Source of the DNA: Thermodesulfobacteriota bacterium
GTDB lineage: Bacteria > Desulfobacterota > Desulfobulbia > Desulfobulbales > SURF-16
Reading direction: 5' to 3'
DNA length: 64,000 nucleotides
Assembly (NCBI GenBank): GCA_040755455.1
Contig: JBFMAY010000017.1
Coordinates: 1 to 64,000 of the forward strand
Part shown: positions 61,767 through 64,000 of the stretch, piece by piece
How the letters are laid out: every line of letters begins with the position of its first letter
Position numbering within the stretch: position 1 is the stretch's first letter
Position numbers and translations under genes: made by a program
The notes under the pieces: model-generated
What the model saw: only the letters and a program-made list of their open reading frames with translations
Told to the model about the DNA's origin: nothing
The model's database searches: none

Positions 61767-62891
61767 ATGAATGAAATATTCAGGAAACGAATTGTCCGCT
61801 GTACTGACTTGATGCAAAAGAATGATCTCGATGCGTTGATACTGACAAAACCGGCCAATATGCTCTACCTGACCGGCGACGGGCGACTCTGCGCCTATGC
61901 TATGGTCACAAGAGACGGCCAGGTGGCAATGGGTGTGCCGCAAACAGATATTGAGGACGTAAAGCAAAGCGCCCGGGCCGATTTCATCGTTGGCTTTGAC
62001 GACGAGGTGGGATTGATCCACTCGGTAGCGCATTTTTTTAAACATTTCGGAATGAGGGATGGCAAAGTTGGCCTTGAGTATGCCTTTCTACCCCAACCGC
62101 GCCTTGGGATGTTCACACACCCCCATGCCAAGCCCAAGGAAATGGAAGCAAAGGACTGCACACCATTGATGTCCGAATTGCGCCTGGTCAAGGAAGACGG
62201 AGAGATTGACAGGATGCAAAAGGCGGCGGATGTTGCCGCCGTGGGCATGCAGGCCGCCCAGGCTGAAATCCGGCCCGGCATTACGGAAAACGATATTGCC
62301 GCTGCGGCTGACTACGCTATGCGGCAGGCCGGAGCCACCGATTTGTATCGAAGCTATGTCGCCTCGGGGCCGCGCACCAACATTGCCCATGGCCTGCCGA
62401 GCCTCAGAAAAATCGAAAAAAACGACCTGGTAATGATTGATCTGCATCCAGTGGTGGAGGGGTACAGCTCCGATCTGTGCCGTAATGTCTGTGCAGGTGA
62501 TCCCACACCGGAACAACAGCAAGTATATGATCTTTATGTGAGCGCTCTTGAATCTACAATAAATATGGCCAAGGAAGGTGTCGGCATGATGGATCTTGAA
62601 CAAAACATGCATTCAGTATTTAAAAAAGCAGGGCATGGTGATCATATCTTCGGCCCGCCGATCCATGGCATTGGCATCGAATTCGAGGAATCGCCCTTGC
62701 CCGCCGGGCATGCATTCTTCCATGGTGAAAAGGCGCCATCCCCCTTGCTCAGGAATGTGGTGATTGCGATTGGCAACTGCGGCTTATACACAGGTCAATG
62801 GGGGATACGGGAAGAGGATACCGTTGCCGTCGGCCAGGATGGTCCGTTGGTCCTGACACACTTCAAAAGACAACTTTCTTTGAAAGGATAG
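61767..62891 (+). CDS. M24 (Xaa-Pro aminopeptidase / creatinase fold) hydrolase
   Basis: Creatinase-like N-domain; IDL...GYSSDLCR, HGIG, GIREED. Confidence 0.85.
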   Translation: MNEIFRKRIVRCTDLMQKNDLDALILTKPANMLYLTGDGRLCAYAMVTRDGQVAMGVPQTDIEDVKQSARADFIVGFDDEVGLIHSVAHFFKHFGMRDGKVGLEYAFLPQPRLGMFTHPHAKPKEMEAKDCTPLMSELRLVKEDGEIDRMQKAADVAAVGMQAAQAEIRPGITENDIAAAADYAMRQAGATDLYRSYVASGPRTNIAHGLPSLRKIEKNDLVMIDLHPVVEGYSSDLCRNVCAGDPTPEQQQVYDLYVSALESTINMAKEGVGMMDLEQNMHSVFKKAGHGDHIFGPPIHGIGIEFEESPLPAGHAFFHGEKAPSPLLRNVVIAIGNCGLYTGQWGIREEDTVAVGQDGPLVLTHFKRQLSLKG

Positions 62892-62989
62892 GAGGGTTAC
62901 CATGGAAGAGGAATTAAAATGAGCTGTTTTGCGGCGGGATCTTGCGCTAACCGAATAACCCGATCAAACTCAAGAGCAAAAGTACATAT

Positions 62990-64000
62990 ATGGTATTAAA
63001 AGTATTTCATACTATATTCCACCATAGCGTTGCAATAGACCTTGGCACCGCTAACACCCGTGTTTATGCGCCTTCATGTTCCCAGTTGACAGAGACTCCT
63101 TCCTCAATAAGTCTGGTCACCAAAAAAACAAAGAATTTGTCGGATGAGTATCTGCAATACATCAACAAGAGGCTTTTCGCGCGGCCACTTCGTGGTGGAG
63201 TAATTGTTGATTTAAGAAACGCCATAATGTTATTAAAGCCATTAATCAGGAAAAGCAGAAAATATTGGTTGCCTCCTGTATCATTGGCGAGTGCTCCAAT
63301 GGATACAACAGACAGGGAGCGTGATATTCTACGTAAAGCCATTATTGATGCGGGTGCTTCTCAGGTTGCAATAATGCCAGAAGTTTGGGCTGCCGCAATT
63401 GGAGCTGGAATAGATATAACTCAGAAAAATGCACAATTGTTAATAGATATCGGTGATGGCGTTACTGACATGGCCGTATTTCGCGATGGGCGTATAATTT
63501 ATTCCTCATCCATTAGGGTGGCGTGCTCTGATATCCAAAAAGCTGTCCGATCTCTGATCGTGATGAAATACAAAATGCAACTCCACGATAATGATATTGA
63601 AAAATTAACAAATGTTATTTCATTTATTCCGTGTAGAGAAAAATGCAGAGAAGAATTCTTTAGAATAAATGGATTCGATATTTTCAAAAGAAATGAAGTT
63701 AATTTTTGCGTTAGCAAAATGGATATAATTAATTCAATAGAGCCAAAAATAGATAAAATTATAAAACAAATTGAATATTTTCTGAAAAAACTCCCAGAAA
63801 AAATATATTTAGAAATAATTGAGTCTGGAATTTGCCTCACCGGTGGTGGCGCTTGCATTGAAGGGATGGATACCCTTATAGCATTAAAAACCAAAATGGA
63901 TGTCATAGTCCCACCTGACCCAACACACGCAGTTATAAATGGTGCCATTCAAACTTTGAATTATTGGGATGGGAAGAAAAACTGGTGGGAGAATATTGCT
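62990..64000 (+). CDS. Divergent MreB-like actin ATPase (partial, no stop in window; absent from the ORF track)
   Basis: Open frame from ATG 62990: VAIDLGTANTRVY, PLRGGVIVD, EVWAAAIGAG, IDIGDGVTD, GICLTGGGA, DPTHAVINGA. Confidence 0.85.
   Translation, partial: MVLKVFHTIFHHSVAIDLGTANTRVYAPSCSQLTETPSSISLVTKKTKNLSDEYLQYINKRLFARPLRGGVIVDLRNAIMLLKPLIRKSRKYWLPPVSLASAPMDTTDRERDILRKAIIDAGASQVAIMPEVWAAAIGAGIDITQKNAQLLIDIGDGVTDMAVFRDGRIIYSSSIRVACSDIQKAVRSLIVMKYKMQLHDNDIEKLTNVISFIPCREKCREEFFRINGFDIFKRNEVNFCVSKMDIINSIEPKIDKIIKQIEYFLKKLPEKIYLEIIESGICLTGGGACIEGMDTLIALKTKMDVIVPPDPTHAVINGAIQTLNYWDGKKNWWENIA

Larger units (their letters stand above)
46391..64000. mobile_element. Integrative conjugative/mobilisable element inserted at tRNA-Leu; right end not seen in the window
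   Basis: Integrase directly 3' of the tRNA, then HU, relaxase-like and coupling-protein genes and cargo; no second copy of the tRNA 3' end noticed. Confidence 0.8.

Noticed and set aside
1..64000. CRISPR array, rRNA genes, IS transposases
   Set aside because: No regularly spaced repeats, rRNA-like sequence or transposase ORFs were noticed by eye.

Overview
Chromosomal window from an anaerobic Desulfobacterota bacterium, probably Desulfobulbales-like (inferred from gene content and order, not from a database search). Bases 1-46390 are mostly housekeeping: rarA, a corrinoid activator (AcsV/RACo-like), radical SAM genes, an mla lipid-transport operon, the yceD-rpmF-plsX-fab cluster, glyA, nrdR-rib-nusB, ftsK, uvrD/pcrA, folC, pfkA, sucCD and tRNA-Leu(UAA). 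Unusual items in this part: (i) a compact mamK-like / membrane-anchored coiled-coil / mamK-like module with no other magnetosome gene recognisable in the window; (ii) two probable selenoproteins (UshA-like and HesB-like) that the ORF track splits at in-frame UGA codons; (iii) a CarCDE/Bcd-Etf-like trio inside the fatty-acid synthesis operon; (iv) a lone integron cassette with a well-formed attC and no integrase; (v) a GTAG-type REP doublet. From 46391 to the window end lies an integrative element at tRNA-Leu. It carries a tyrosine integrase, HU, an HD-domain (MOBH-like) relaxase, a coupling protein, a divergent NusA-like protein, an AT-rich nuclease-like insert, a TetR-regulated ABC/TolC efflux cargo and a third, MreB-like actin that runs off the window. 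All family assignments come from motif recognition by eye; no searches were run.
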